A stretch of 39,953 nucleotides of DNA from Octopus bimaculoides (taxonomy: Eukaryota). The translations under genes were made by a program, and so were the position numbers. The DNA lies in contig NC_069004.1 of NCBI RefSeq assembly GCF_001194135.2, positions 35,891,794 through 35,931,746 on the forward strand. Reading direction: 5' to 3'. The notes beneath the pieces are model-generated. The model worked only from the letters and a program-made list of their open reading frames with translations. It did not search any database and was not told where the DNA came from. Below, piece after piece: positions 9,115-22,800 of the stretch; positions within the stretch are counted from its first letter, which is position 1, and each line of letters begins with the position of its first letter.

Positions 9115-12100
9115 CTGCAGATAAAAAAAAAAACAAGAAAAAAAATTAAAACATAAATATCATGTTTAAAAAAAAAAATTAATATGATAATCAAATATAA
9201 TTAGTTGACTGTAATCATGAAAGGAAAAAAAGTAGCTAATTGATTATGTCCACAGCAGAAACTATTTTCAAAAGGTATTGGTTTAGGCTTCAAACAACTA
9301 AAGTCTAAATAGAAAGCATGGATATGGTACATTGGGTAATTCTAGTGAACAACCATTAGGCAGGTTTTTAACAGAACTTTCAAGTTAGTATGACTGACAC
9401 TAAATAATATGAACCATCTAATATGAACCATCAGGATACTTTTCAACTTGAGTTGAAAGGCTACAGCTGAATTATTGTTGGGGTTTTAACATGTCCAACC
9501 CATGCCAGCATTGACAACAAACATTAAATGATGATGAAAGTAAATGAAAATAACTGCAGTTGTTGATTAGTCATGAACTGTATGTAAATGCAGTTCAAAA
9601 AGTGTTGTTTGGGGCCCCATACACAGGAACTATGCCCTCTGCATAAACAAGGTTTAACCTCTTTACAACATGTATTTTATTGTGATTGAGTGGAATCGTT
9701 GATTTTTCTTTCAATTTACAAGCATCATGGCAGGTAACACCTGAAGCAGTTAGGGTTAGAATTCAGTGATGTTATTCACAATGAAAGGTGGCAAGCTGGG
9801 CAAAGTGCTTAGCAACATTTCGTTTGTCTGCACATTCTGAGTTCAAATTCCACCAGGGTTGACTTTGCCTTGATGAAGTAAGTACAGTTGAACACTGGGT
9901 TTGATGTAATCGACTTAACGCGTCCCCTGAAATCGATAGCCTTATACCAAAATTTGAAACCCTTATTTATAAAGATTTATTTATTTATGTTTTAATTAGA
10001 GAGTGTGAACACCAGTGATGATGAAACCCAACAACTGGACTGGTTCTGAGGATTCCAGCTAAGTGCTGCTCGTGATTAAAGGAAGGTCCAGTGTGATTAT
10101 GGTTTCTTGATATGTGTAGCATTTGTTTTCTTGTGGTCAAAAGAAACAAAACACGGCATCTTGGAAACGACTTTTAAAGCCACTGTCCATGGATTTTATC
10201 AGGTCAGAAGTGGATGGTGTATGAGTCGCAAAGCAAGTGTCGTTTGTGTCTAAGCTTCACCATTTATAATACAAATGATGTTGAATGTAAACAGATCTAG
10301 TGGAGTTGAGAATCTTGCCTAAGTTTTAACTCTTTAACAAGGATTTCTGTGATTTGGATGCATTTTTACAGCTAGAGAGAGTGCAACAGCTAACTCAGGC
10401 CAGGCAATGTCACCAAAGCCTACAGTAGTGATGCTGTAGGCTGAAATATTTAGAAAAGCAAATCAAATGCACAATGGGTCATACTTACTCTCCCAGGGTT
10501 CTGTTCAGACAACTTTCCAAGACATTTGGCTAAGTTAATCTTTAAGTCTGGAACTAAGTTCCCAATAGGGTCATGTTCCTTTCTACCAGCAAAAGCCAAC
10601 TGTGAATAGGCAATTTGGTAACCTGCAATGCAAATAGAAAAATTGAGAAATTATGTTTTGAAACCATCAACACACTTGAGATCATCTTACATCCACTTTT
10701 CCATGCTGATGTCTACCAGTGAGTTGGTAACAGAAAGGGTTGATACTTAGCACTCATTCCTTCACACCATATATCCATATCATGATAGTCATCACCACAT
10801 AATATATCCGAGGATGTCTTTAATATTTAACTGATCTCACAATTCACTTGCATGACCAATCTGTCTTTCAGGTTTTAACATTTATACATTCAACTAATCA
10901 TTACATTTCTCCAGCACATACAACATCTAATCCAGTGGTTCCCAAAGGTAGTACTGAAGGTCCGTAAATCAAATTCAAAATTATATATATATATATATAT
11001 ACACACACATAAGGATAAGCATATTAAAAGGGGTCAGTGGTAAAACTAATTCAAATATAAGGGTTGGGAACTACTGATCTAATCCCTCATCTGCACTCAT
11101 TTGCATCCACTTTGCAGTTAGGCTAACATTTCTTCTAACAGGTCACACACCAACACACTCATCTTCCCTACAAACATCAGCCAATACCTTTAATACTCAG
11201 TCATGCATTCTCTTGCAGCTCAATTGTCTGCTACATCTTTCATTACATGTCTAACATTTAGGCATCCCTCAAGCTACCCTAAGTTCTCCACACTCAACAA
11301 CTATGTTTCACTGCAGTGCACGAAAGATCAGCCTTCTTCATAAGCACTTATCCCACTTGACAGACAGTGCAAGGTGAAGAGGGAAGAAGTATCCAGTCTG
11401 TGGTTAGAAACAACGAAGGAAATAAAAAAAAAGAAAAGAAGGAAAAAAGAGGTTACCTGGTGTATCATCAATTTCAATGAAATGCTCATCTTCTGGAATG
11501 GACTCATCTTCTGGCAATTCAAATAAACTCAACAGTGCTTGAAGTAGACTGGCCCTACATAACAACAGTAATTGGAGTATTAATAGTAATTTCTAATCTA
11601 GGTACAAGGTCAGCAATTTCAAGTGGGGGGACAGGGTTGTGGTTGAGATGGGGTCATTTGATTAAATTTGACCCCAGTATTTGACTGATAGTGTATTTTG
11701 TTATACACAGCTCAGGATGATGAAAAGAAAAGAGAAACGTTGACGTCATGGAATCTGAAGACAAAACATAAAGAGGAAGAAGAAACACAAGGCATTTTGA
11801 CCAAGACTCTAATGAGACTTCCAACTGAATGCCCTTAACAACAACAACAACAATAGTAGAAGTAGTAGTAGTAGTAGTAATGGTTTCAAATTTTGGCATA
11901 AAGCGGAGGGGGTAGTCGATTACCCCAGTACTCACCTGGTACTTATTTTATCGACCCCAAAAAGGATGAAAGGGCAACATCAACGGAATTTGAACCCAGA
12001 ACGTATAGATGGACAAAATACTTCTAAGCATTTTGCCTGGGGTGCCAATAATACTGCTAGCTTGCAATAATAATAATGATAATAATGATAATAATAATAA

Positions 12101-15100
12101 TAATAATAATAAGGAAACTCAGGATAGAAGAATGGGTAGTGAGATCTATGCGAGCCATGTACAGAGACGCTGTCAGTAAGGTGAGGGTTGGAAATGAGTA
12201 CAGTGAAAAATTCCGGGTCCACCAAGGTTCAGTCCTCAGCCCCCTCCTATTTATCATAGTCCTCCAGGCAATAACCAAGGAATTCAAGACAGGATGCCCA
12301 TGGGAGCTCCTCTATGCTGATGACCTTGCCCTAATTGCTGTGTCACTATCAGAACTAGAGCTGGGAATATCATACAAAAATCAGTGTTGCAAGGTATTGT
12401 GAACATTGTAAGGCAAGTATTCTCTGTATGTGGTCTTGGTGATAACTTGCAAAATGATTAAATACTTCCGTGCAGTTTTCATCTACAGTGTGTCAAAGTT
12501 GTGGTAATAAAATTAATCCTTTCTACTAAAGGTACAAGGCCTGAAATTTGTTGGGAGGGGGATAGTTGATTATTTTGACCCCAGTGTTTAACTGGTACTC
12601 AATTTATTGACCCCAATTTTGAAAGAATTTGAACTCAGAATGTGAAAACAGACGAAATACAGCTAAGCATTTCACCCTGCATGCTAACAATTCTGCCAGC
12701 TTACTGCTATAGTAGTAGTAGTAGTAGTAGTAGCAGCAATAATAATCGTTTTGAATTTAGGCAGAAGGCTAGTAATTTTGAGAGGGGGAGGTTAGTTGAT
12801 ACCATCAACCCAATACATGACTGGTACTTATATAATGATTCATTGCACACATTTTGAGGTAAGACATCTGACTCTGTTGGTCGCCACCTTCCTAGCAGTT
12901 AATAGTAAAGTTAACCTCAGGACAAAGAGACTTAGTAGAAATACCATAACTCATTTTTGGTGACAAAGAGGAGGACAATGATGACCAATGAACGATGGTC
13001 ACCATTGGGCAAATTAAAAATATTTTGGTTTAGAACCTGCTTCACATCATCATGAGTAAATGTTACTTACCAAAGTGATTCGTAAGTCGTCAGAAATACC
13101 GGTGCTTCAGTGAGAAGTTTTGTCACACCCAAAGCACAGATCTTCCTTTCAATGTTGCCAGAGACTTTCTGAAGATCTGCGACATATAGACGTTCAACTA
13201 CCATACCAAACATCCTAAACAAGTAAAAGAGTAGTAGTAGTAGTAGCAGCAGCAGCAGCAGCAAGCGACAGTAGTAACAGTCACGAAGGCATAGCAACAC
13301 AGAGTTGAGAAATTCCCTTTGCAACCACAATTCCCGGTTCGATTCTACTTCTCTACCATACACTTAGGTTGACTAAGGCGATGTGAGTAGAATCTGGTAG
13401 ATGGAAATTGAACACAAGCACACACATGTATAAGCACACACACCCACAAACACACAGAGGATGTTCCAAATAAATATATACACGTTGAAAGACTAAAAAG
13501 CCAGTGTTCTTAAAATAGATTTATATTCAACATTTAACAGAATCTACAAAGACAAATAAATCTTTTTTTTATGAATACTTTGTTTTCAAACTGCTGACCA
13601 TTCTGGTCCAGGTTCTGCTGATAATATTAAGCAATGCAATTGCAAACATCAGGAGATATTTCATTTGATATTCATGTGTTCCCTCATTCAATGGCTGCTC
13701 TCAAGTTGTCAACTGTTACCAGTTCCATTTTGTGAAATTTAAGAATTCCCATAAAAAATAAAGTCTAAGGGTCTGAAGACAAGTGAACATGGACGGTGTT
13801 ATACTGACCTCATTCACTCAAACCACTTGTTTGGCAAAATCCCATCAAGACAGGCACATTACATGACTATGGTAGTGTAGAAGTACCCCATCTTGCTAGA
13901 AATAAAGCTCCACATCTTCAAAGTTCTCTTGAATGCTTGGTACAACAGATTGTCACAGCAAGTTCAAGTAAACGTAACCAATCACAGTTCCGTTAAGATA
14001 AAATGGTGGTCCAATTAATCCTTTTGATGATAAACTACACCATACTTCCGGTAAATTACGTGCAGATTCTCAAGTCCCCAGTAGGTGTAATGAGTCATAG
14101 TAGTAAGAAAAGAGAAAGTGAACATTAACCTGAAACTGGGCCCTGAACAGCTCAAACAGGTTGAATTGGAACCCAAGATACTTGGACAATCCTGTCACTA
14201 GAAAAACTGTCCCAAGTTAAAAACAAAACTAGTTGTTTGGCGCAGAGGCATTTATGGCTACTAAGCATGGACTCTGAACAAATTTGGAAAGAACATAATG
14301 CATTTGAAATGTGAGTATATAGGAGAATGTTACAAGTCTCTTTCAAGGATCATCAGACAATGAATGGCTGTTACAAAAAGTAGGTGAAACATTACCATTC
14401 CTGAACATTCTGAGGAAGAACCAAAAAAAAAGCTCTTCTCTTATGGCCATATTCGAAGAAGTAAAGGTTTGGGAAACATTATAATGGAAAGAGTAGAAGG
14501 CATTAGATTAAGAGGCAGGCAAAGAATGCAATAGATGGACAATATCACAAGTGGTTCGGCAAAAGTGGAGAAAGCAGCTGGAGAGGTGGCGCTTAACAAG
14601 GAGAACTTTTGCTGTAGTGTCATCAGTGCACTGCAGGCACATGATACATTTGAGGTGTTCAAATGTAAGATGAGATGCTGCTCAGGTGATGCCAATTGCT
14701 GTAGCTATCAGTGAAGGGAAGGAGAAATTGGAATGTATGGGTGTATGGCGGGAGAAAGAGAGAGGAAAGGAAAAAGATGGTACAAACAAACAGAGTGAAA
14801 ACTTACTTTGCTTGGATATTGTCAATGGTTTGTATTAAGACACTGGCTTCATATTTAATGGCAAAAAGGCTAAAAAATACCAGCAAACCTGATAAAAAAA
14901 GAGACAGACAATGAAATGTATGCATGCATTCACAGAAACAAACATATGAACACACAATTGTTTGATTAGTATACTCCAATCTAGAGATAATCTCAGAGTT
15001 AAAATACAAAAGTCTAATAATTTAAAAATATGAGCAATCAAAGAAACTGCAACATAACTGCTAGTAATAGCAGTCAAACTCCCCCAGATCTTATCCAATT

Positions 15101-16781
15101 GTTTTAATAAGAAAACACTTAACATAGTGTTTTTCTTTCTGCGCAGTCTTCTCCCACATTCTGATCAGCCCAGGCCAGAAGTTTCATATAATTTTACATG
15201 TGATACATACAGGCATGGCTATATGGTTCACAGTTACTGCTTAGCCCATTATATAAGTATCTTTATCTTGCAATTGAAACAGTCTGAGGAATGGTGAGGC
15301 TGTTCCTTAACAAGTCTCCTCACACCATGGAAAGATAAGGTGTCAAAATGATGATGACAATAATGATTTGCACTAAAACAAGCTGTGAATTCAAAACTTC
15401 TATTTCTTATTACAATTTTCAGGTTTCAATCTTCAAAACCCCTTAGCTACAGATCCCTAAGTCATCTTAAAATAATTTACAAAAGGAAAAAATACAGGTA
15501 ATTACACACACACAAAAAAAAAAAAAATTATTCATTAATATAATATAGCAGTTGTTCTTTTTAAAGAGAAGAAAACTTATTTGTTGACTCTTTTGATACC
15601 AACTCGGCTGAAACCACCTCCGGCTCTGAAGTACAAATGTCTTGTTTTCATAAATTCTGAATTAAAATCTCTGTTGTTGTATCTAACATTATTTCAATAG
15701 TTTCTATAAATGCATGTCGTCACTTCACAAACCACTTTTTTTATCATAGATTGCATGTTTTTTTTATCATTCCACTAGAATTAGGGAATTTATTCACAAC
15801 AATACTTAAGAATACCACCTACCCTTTGTTCTCTTCCTTCATTTCTCTTTATTTTTTTATTTTCTATTTTCATTTCATACATTAATTGCTAGTATCAATA
15901 GTCATGAGTTTCCAATAGTTCTATTACCAGTTTGCTGTATAACAGACAGTGACAGAAAAGATAGGAAAGCCTAAACACTACCAAATACATTTTGGCTTCA
16001 TACATCAATTTATCAGCTCTTTCTCAATGATATACATTTCTTTCACAGGTACAGACATCATCATCCAGTGTGCTTTAGCTATTTTCTGTATTTCCTGTAT
16101 TTTCAAGATTTTGATCTAGTAGTCTGCAGAGGCACCACTCTGCATCAGACATACCTTATTTTCAATTGGAATAACAGAAGTGATGTACCTTAGCTGCCAC
16201 AGACACAATACGCCATTCAGTCCAGGAATAAAACCCTCAACATTACAATCAGAAGATCAATACCTTAAACATCAGACCATGTACTTTCACAATGTGTGCG
16301 CTTGCACACACACACACACACACAAAGATGCACACATACAAGTGCACATGCAAGAGATGTTGCATAGAATTTCTGTCTATTAAATTTCACTTAGAATATA
16401 TTGATCAACATAAAGTCATATGATAGAAGACACTTGCCTTGAGTGTTGTGGGGTGGGACTGAACCCAGAACCAAGAGGTTATAAAGCAAATTTCTTAACC
16501 ACATACATGTGTTACTATGTCCATGTCTATGAACTCATAACTCACAGGAATAAACAATCTAATGGTGTATTCGTGGGAGAAGTTTCAGTCTGATAAAGTC
16601 AGAACAACGGTGGATAAATGCCTTGTATTTATTCCGGTTTCTGTACTTTGTACACACATACATATGCTCGACAGGCTTCTTTCAGCTTCTGTCTGCTTGC
16701 TCAAGGTACCACTGTGTGGGCCTGAACCTGAAACCATATGGTTGGGAAGCAAACTTCTTAGCACTCAGCCATGCCTGCAAC

Positions 16782-16826
<45 letters not shown>

Positions 16827-19800
16827 GGTGTGAATGTTATTCCACATTCTCTCATTAAAACTACACAAGTCTATAAAGATATGCATAGCACAAGCAATGA
16901 GGCATCTGCTTATCTCTCCCATAAACAACACATTCTATATCTCAGTGGTTTCGTCAATTTCATAATCTGGCCAGTAGAATAAAAGTATTTTACTTATTAG
17001 TTTAACCTCACCCTTACTCTTCAACAAAACCCAACAGCAATAGGGGTAAGGGAATTCTAAAAAGTTATTTTATTGCACGAATGTGATGACAGAAGCAGTT
17101 CCAGGCAACATGCTTTGCAGAATAAACAGTTGGCAAAAGCCTTTCCTGAAGAATATGGTAACTTACTCTTGATGTATTTGGTTGTTTTAGAACTCTGAAG
17201 ACGTTGGAATAGAAGCATAAAGATTTGGTTGATGTATGGGGAGATAACATCTCTGAAAAGCAAAAATAAAAGTAAATTCAAAAATACTATCAGAATGGTA
17301 AAAATAAATGCATATCAATGGTTTGCTCTCTCTCGTTGATACACTCTGGTACCAAATTTCCCAAGATGGGTCCATCATAAGTTGCTTATGCCATACCCTC
17401 TGCAACGTTACACCTACTAACAGAGCACTTTACATGTAAACTTTCACCTCAATAACACGGACCATACCATCAAAACCACTACTGAACTTCTATGGAAACA
17501 TAATGAGAACAACTGCCTAAAACTACCCTCCCTGGGAACACCTATGTTCCCCTACCCACAACTGGATGAAATAGCATGCAGCTTATTTCTTCTACAGCCT
17601 CTAATGTTACACAGTTAAAAATAGGTAGTAATGTCAAATTAATTTATATCTTGCTACATACATCCTTCAGCAAATATTTGAAATTAATGTTACAACAGCA
17701 TCTTCCTTTCTAGACACTTGGTTCAGCTTTTGTTTCAAAATTGTAAAATAAATTATTTTTGAATGAAAAATTGAATTATGCCTTCTGAATTTTTGGGGGA
17801 TTTCACTTTTTTCACTGTGATATTCAATCGTGAATTTTATAACATTTAGTACATATTCCAAATAAATGTTGACTTTCTATACTTTGTTACATTGGTGACA
17901 CATGGTAACTTTTGCTAAATTGGTGACTTTGCATTTTTTTTTATAGCATAACTATGCTACAGAAAGTATGTTTTTCAAAGGGGTCAGCCTTGTCACACTC
18001 TATGTCATGCTGAATTCCCCGAGAACTACGTTAAGGGTACACGTGTCTGTGGAGAGCTCAGCCACTTGCACATTAATTTCACAAGCAGGCTGTTCCGTCA
18101 ATCAGATCAACTGGAACACTCGGCGCCATAACCATAACCAGAGTGCCAATCTGTATATTGTTGTGATGCAGTGTATGATGCAGTGTGGTGTGGTGCATGG
18201 GGGTAAACTGTGTTACGTACAGAACAGAAGGCCCCCCCCCCCACGACCAGACCTCCTCCTCATACTGATTAGTTTCATATATGCTAATTCTGATGAGTGA
18301 CTGTGGAAATAAGTTAGCACAGGAAAGAGCAATACTTACTAATGTCCATATTCGAAATTAGTTTATAAATAGAAAGAGAGAGAAAGCGAGTGGGATATAA
18401 GAGGTGGTGGGCGGGAAATGAGAAAGAAAGATAAACAGAAAGAAGAGAGTGAAGAACAATGTAAATAGAAGAGGAAGGGGAAAAAAAGAGAATAGCAAAC
18501 AGTAGGGGAGAGAGAGAGAGAGAGAGGCACATTACTTACTGTGGAAGGAATTCTATGATATAATTGAGGAGGTAAAAGCCTTCATGGTCATTGGCTTTGG
18601 AAGCAATCAGTTTCTGGAAAGCTCCCAACAAACCATTCTGGAAGAAATAATAAAAACAGTGAAATGTCACCATCGACTATGATAAAGAATTTGTAAATTA
18701 CATAAAAACCATTTGGAGTAAAATTACTTTACAGCTTTACTGGAAATCTTGCTAACAACCAATTCTAAGAGGTGTGAAGAAATCTTTTTTTATTTTACCC
18801 GTTTCAATCATTGGATTTTGGCCACTGTGCAGTGCAAGTGTATAAGTTGATTGAGACCGTTTACAGACCTTTGGCAATATGCTGTGTTTGAGAAGAAAAC
18901 CCATCCAGCCAAGTGAAATTGTAGTCGTGGCAGCAGATATTGGTGTCACACAATTGGCACCCGTGCCAGTGGCATGTAAAAGCACTCACTTGGAGAGGTT
19001 CGCATTAGGAAGGACATCCAGCTGTAGAAACCCTGCTAAATCTGACTGGAGTTTGGTGCAGCACTCCAGCTTACCCGACCCTGGTCAAATCGTTCAACCC
19101 ATGCCAGCATGGACAACAGATGTTAAAAGATGGTGATGATGATGATGATGATGTAGTTACCAGTTTATCAGGTTCAATTTGTTTGGCCCCTTTCTGTATA
19201 ATAGCTTGCAGCAATCGGACAAGTGGAGGGATATTGCCAGGACGTTCCCAAAGAACTGGCACTAGTAGGTGGGGAAAGAGAGCCATATAGGGAGCCAGTT
19301 CATTCTGCTGTAGTTCTATCAACATGGACAGGATCTGGAAGACATACGGCACAAATTCTGGAAAAAAAAAAAAATCAGGAGAGAATTAGACAAGGAAAAT
19401 AAAATAGCTATAATAGTGATGATGATATTTCAAATTTTGGCACAAAGCCAGTAATTTCNNNNNNNNNNNNNNNGGGGATGGCTAGTCGATTACAACAATT
19501 CTAGAGCTCAAATGGTATTTATTTTAACAACAATGTGATGGCCTGTCCAATTCATGCCTGCATGGGAAGTGGACATAAAGTGATGATGAAATGAAGTTGT
19601 ATTCTGTATAGACCTACAAATAAGACACCTGATGAGTGGAAATGAAAATTCATCAAAAGACTATGTAGATGTAAATATTTAATACAGACCTGAAAGACGA
19701 GATTAATAGTGTGGAAAATTATAATTTTATAAACAACTCATCTCAGACATGGAAACATTAAGGTATTAGGTATGGTTCTTCTTTTATTAAGTATATGCGT

Positions 19801-22800
19801 ATATACAAGTGTACACCTATATGTATATGTGCAGAAATGTGTGCACATATCACACCTACGACAACAGCCTGACGTTCTGAGACGTCAGGCTGTTGTTGTT
19901 GTTGCTGGCGTAATATGTTGTTGTTATAAAATATTTCATCATCATTAATTCTACAGCATCAACATGCTGCAACACAAGTACAGTGTAATGCTGCAACATT
20001 ACAACGGTTGTGCCTACCTACCTTGTACATCTTGTCGTAGGATCTCAGTAAATGGAGAGAAGAGAGCCCCTTCAAAAGTAGTCACAGCTGTTGGGTTGAC
20101 TCGACTAGCAACTCGCACCATGACACAAATACTTTCAAACAAGTAATGATTGAAATGGGGCTTGCTCGGGTTCTGAAATAGGGATAGAAGAAAGGATTAA
20201 GAATTTTAAAAGGTAGTTTTTTTTTTTAAAGATGTACCTCTAATGAGACTCTGGGACATTTGAGAAAATTAATTTCTCAAGTATCTGTAGTTTTTATGGC
20301 TCCTGTGCATCTTCCGCTTACAAACATTACTTTCTCTGATAACTTTTCTTATTACTCCACTACACCACTTGTGTACATAGCTTACACTGGGTACACTGAA
20401 TGGAATTCCTGACTATATCTTGCCTAGAAATCGAGCAGGGCCACTTACCTGGAGCAGGTAGGGTTCTGTCTAGGGTGTATAACGGCTTTCTTGTTACTAA
20501 GATCTTAGTCTTTCACTAAGTTAACCCTAAAGCCCTTCAATTCTAGACTTTGCTTCTATACCTGGAATTTCTTTTCTAGCTCCGATACAGAATCTGTTGA
20601 GAGCAAGATCATCAGCATATAATAGTTCCTTGGGGCTGCTGGGTTTGGATTTCCATTATGGCCTGGAGGACAGTAATGAACAGGAGGGGACTGAGGACTG
20701 AGCCTTGATGAACACATACCTGTGCTGTAAAGTGAGGGCATGGTTAGCTCTCACTTTACTGACAGTCTCTGTACATGGCCTCTACAGCTTTCACAAGCTA
20801 CTTGTCTACCGCTAGCCTCATCAGAGCCCACCACATCACAGCGGGGTACACTTTCGAAGGCTTTCTCTAGATCAACAAATGTCAAGCATAATGGTTTATT
20901 CTTAGCTAAGTACTTCTCTTGTAGTTGCCTGACTATAAAGATAGCACCAGTAGTGTTGCTGCCAGGGTTTTAAAAGCCAAACTGTATTTCCTCTTAGCCT
21001 GATTCTGCTCTTAATCTATTCAGCTACAATTCTCTCGGTAATTGTCATCACCTGCTCCAAGAGTCTGATTCCTCTGTAATTGCTTCTATCTATGACGTCT
21101 CCCTTTTACCCTTGTATGACCATAAGCTTTTTCAATCAAGACTGACCTGGAATAGAGACAACAACAACAATGGTAGCATCAACAACAAATGAGAAAAAAG
21201 TCACTCACCTTACTAACATCGAGTAGTTTCTGAGTGAGTTTGCCAAGGACCATGGGTATCAGTGGCATAACACTGTCGTTAAGGGCAGACAGGCATCTCA
21301 TGATAGCTGGAGAGAGAGAGAGGTAGTGGGAGGAGGATATCACAGTGAATACATGCTCGAGATTATCAAGTAAAATAGAAATTTGGTGATGAGTGTCAAC
21401 AGAGGGGATATACATGATAGAGGGATGGTTAGACAGCGAGACACATAAGAGAGAGAGAGAGAGAGACAAATAAATGGACATATAAAGAAGACACACAAAT
21501 ATACACTCTTTTCTAATACTGTGACAGCTTCAAGTTCACCATGTCAGTTAAATTTTTCTCAACTATAACTTTAACCCTTTAGTGTTCAAACTGGCCGTAA
21601 CCGGCCAAAATTAGTTCCCCTTTATTTGTTCCAGCCGACTGTATCTGACGGCTCTACAAAATCACTAAAAAAAAAAATAAACAAATCACGTTATTCAATT
21701 CTTGTAGCTTTGAGATAATGCGAGATGAAGCCTTTCCCGCCTTTATTCAAGTATAAATACTGTGAAATTGTTTAGACCAGAACAAATACTACAAAGCAAT
21801 TTTTTTTGTTTTTTTGACAATGCTTAAACAAATTTGCTAACTCTTCAAAATTTCGGATATATATAAACATGAGTAAAGCAATTGGCTTTGGAAGTAGTCA
21901 AAGCTGACGAAAATGGTTAGAATAATTGTGGAATTTCAAGCATTAAAAAGTTACCTTTCATGGCATACTCATTCTCTGAAGATGTAGCAAAATTGAGGAT
22001 GTTAAAGAGATTCAAGAGAAGGTCACTTCCAAATTGTTGAATGTCAGCAGTACCAATCCTGCAAGAACAGAACATCTCCATGTTATGTCCAGACAATGCA
22101 TGCAGGGATATTGGCACAGTTTATTGAACAAATAACACTGAGTACTTTTTGTCCTGATATGGAGGAGTAATTCTTATCTTGACATCTGAGAGATTTATGA
22201 CACAAACAATAAAATGGAACACATCCTTTCATACTTGTGAACATTCCCCATACATAAAATACTCTCTAGAATAATGTCATACATACAAACAATAACATTC
22301 AATAGTGTTTTCCTGTATTTTTCTTTTTGTTCTGCAAATGAAATATAACACCAACAACAAACACTTTGATTTTCAATCATCTTCTCTATCCCTTTACTCA
22401 GACTCATAAAGAGAAACAGATGGCTCCTACAATCAACCTGTAGGAAGGATAAAGACCATATGAGGAGGAATTTTTGAAAGCAAGCACACAAAGTACAATA
22501 AAAAAAATAAATAAATAAAATACATGAAATACAATTGAAATAGCACATGTAGGAACAGAGGTAGGTTTACAAGAAGATAATTAAGAAGAAATAACAAATG
22601 ACTACTTGCATAGCAGTATTCTGAGCATTCTTTACAGTCAGCAGCCGTTCAATACAATGTGCAGCATAAGTATGCACCACGGGGCTTTCAGCTGCCAGAT
22701 GTCGAATGATATGGGGGATACAAGAAATGAGTGCCTCCCTTTGTAACTGCAACAATAAGAGATGCACTCAATAAGTATAATGTAGTTAAAATTTATTGTG

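Noticed and set aside
10014-10060. C box (GTGATGA) and D box (CTGA) pair
   Set aside because: Boxes are only about 25 nt apart and antisense to the host intron; too short for a C/D snoRNA
10380-10443. Cryptic acceptor (tttcag) suggesting an alternative last exon
   Set aside because: Only about 48 nt from the donor with a stop after 6 codons; the true last exon at 9114 matches the CSE1L C-terminus
19629-19655. CTGATGA...GAAA motif
   Set aside because: No pairing stems I, II or III
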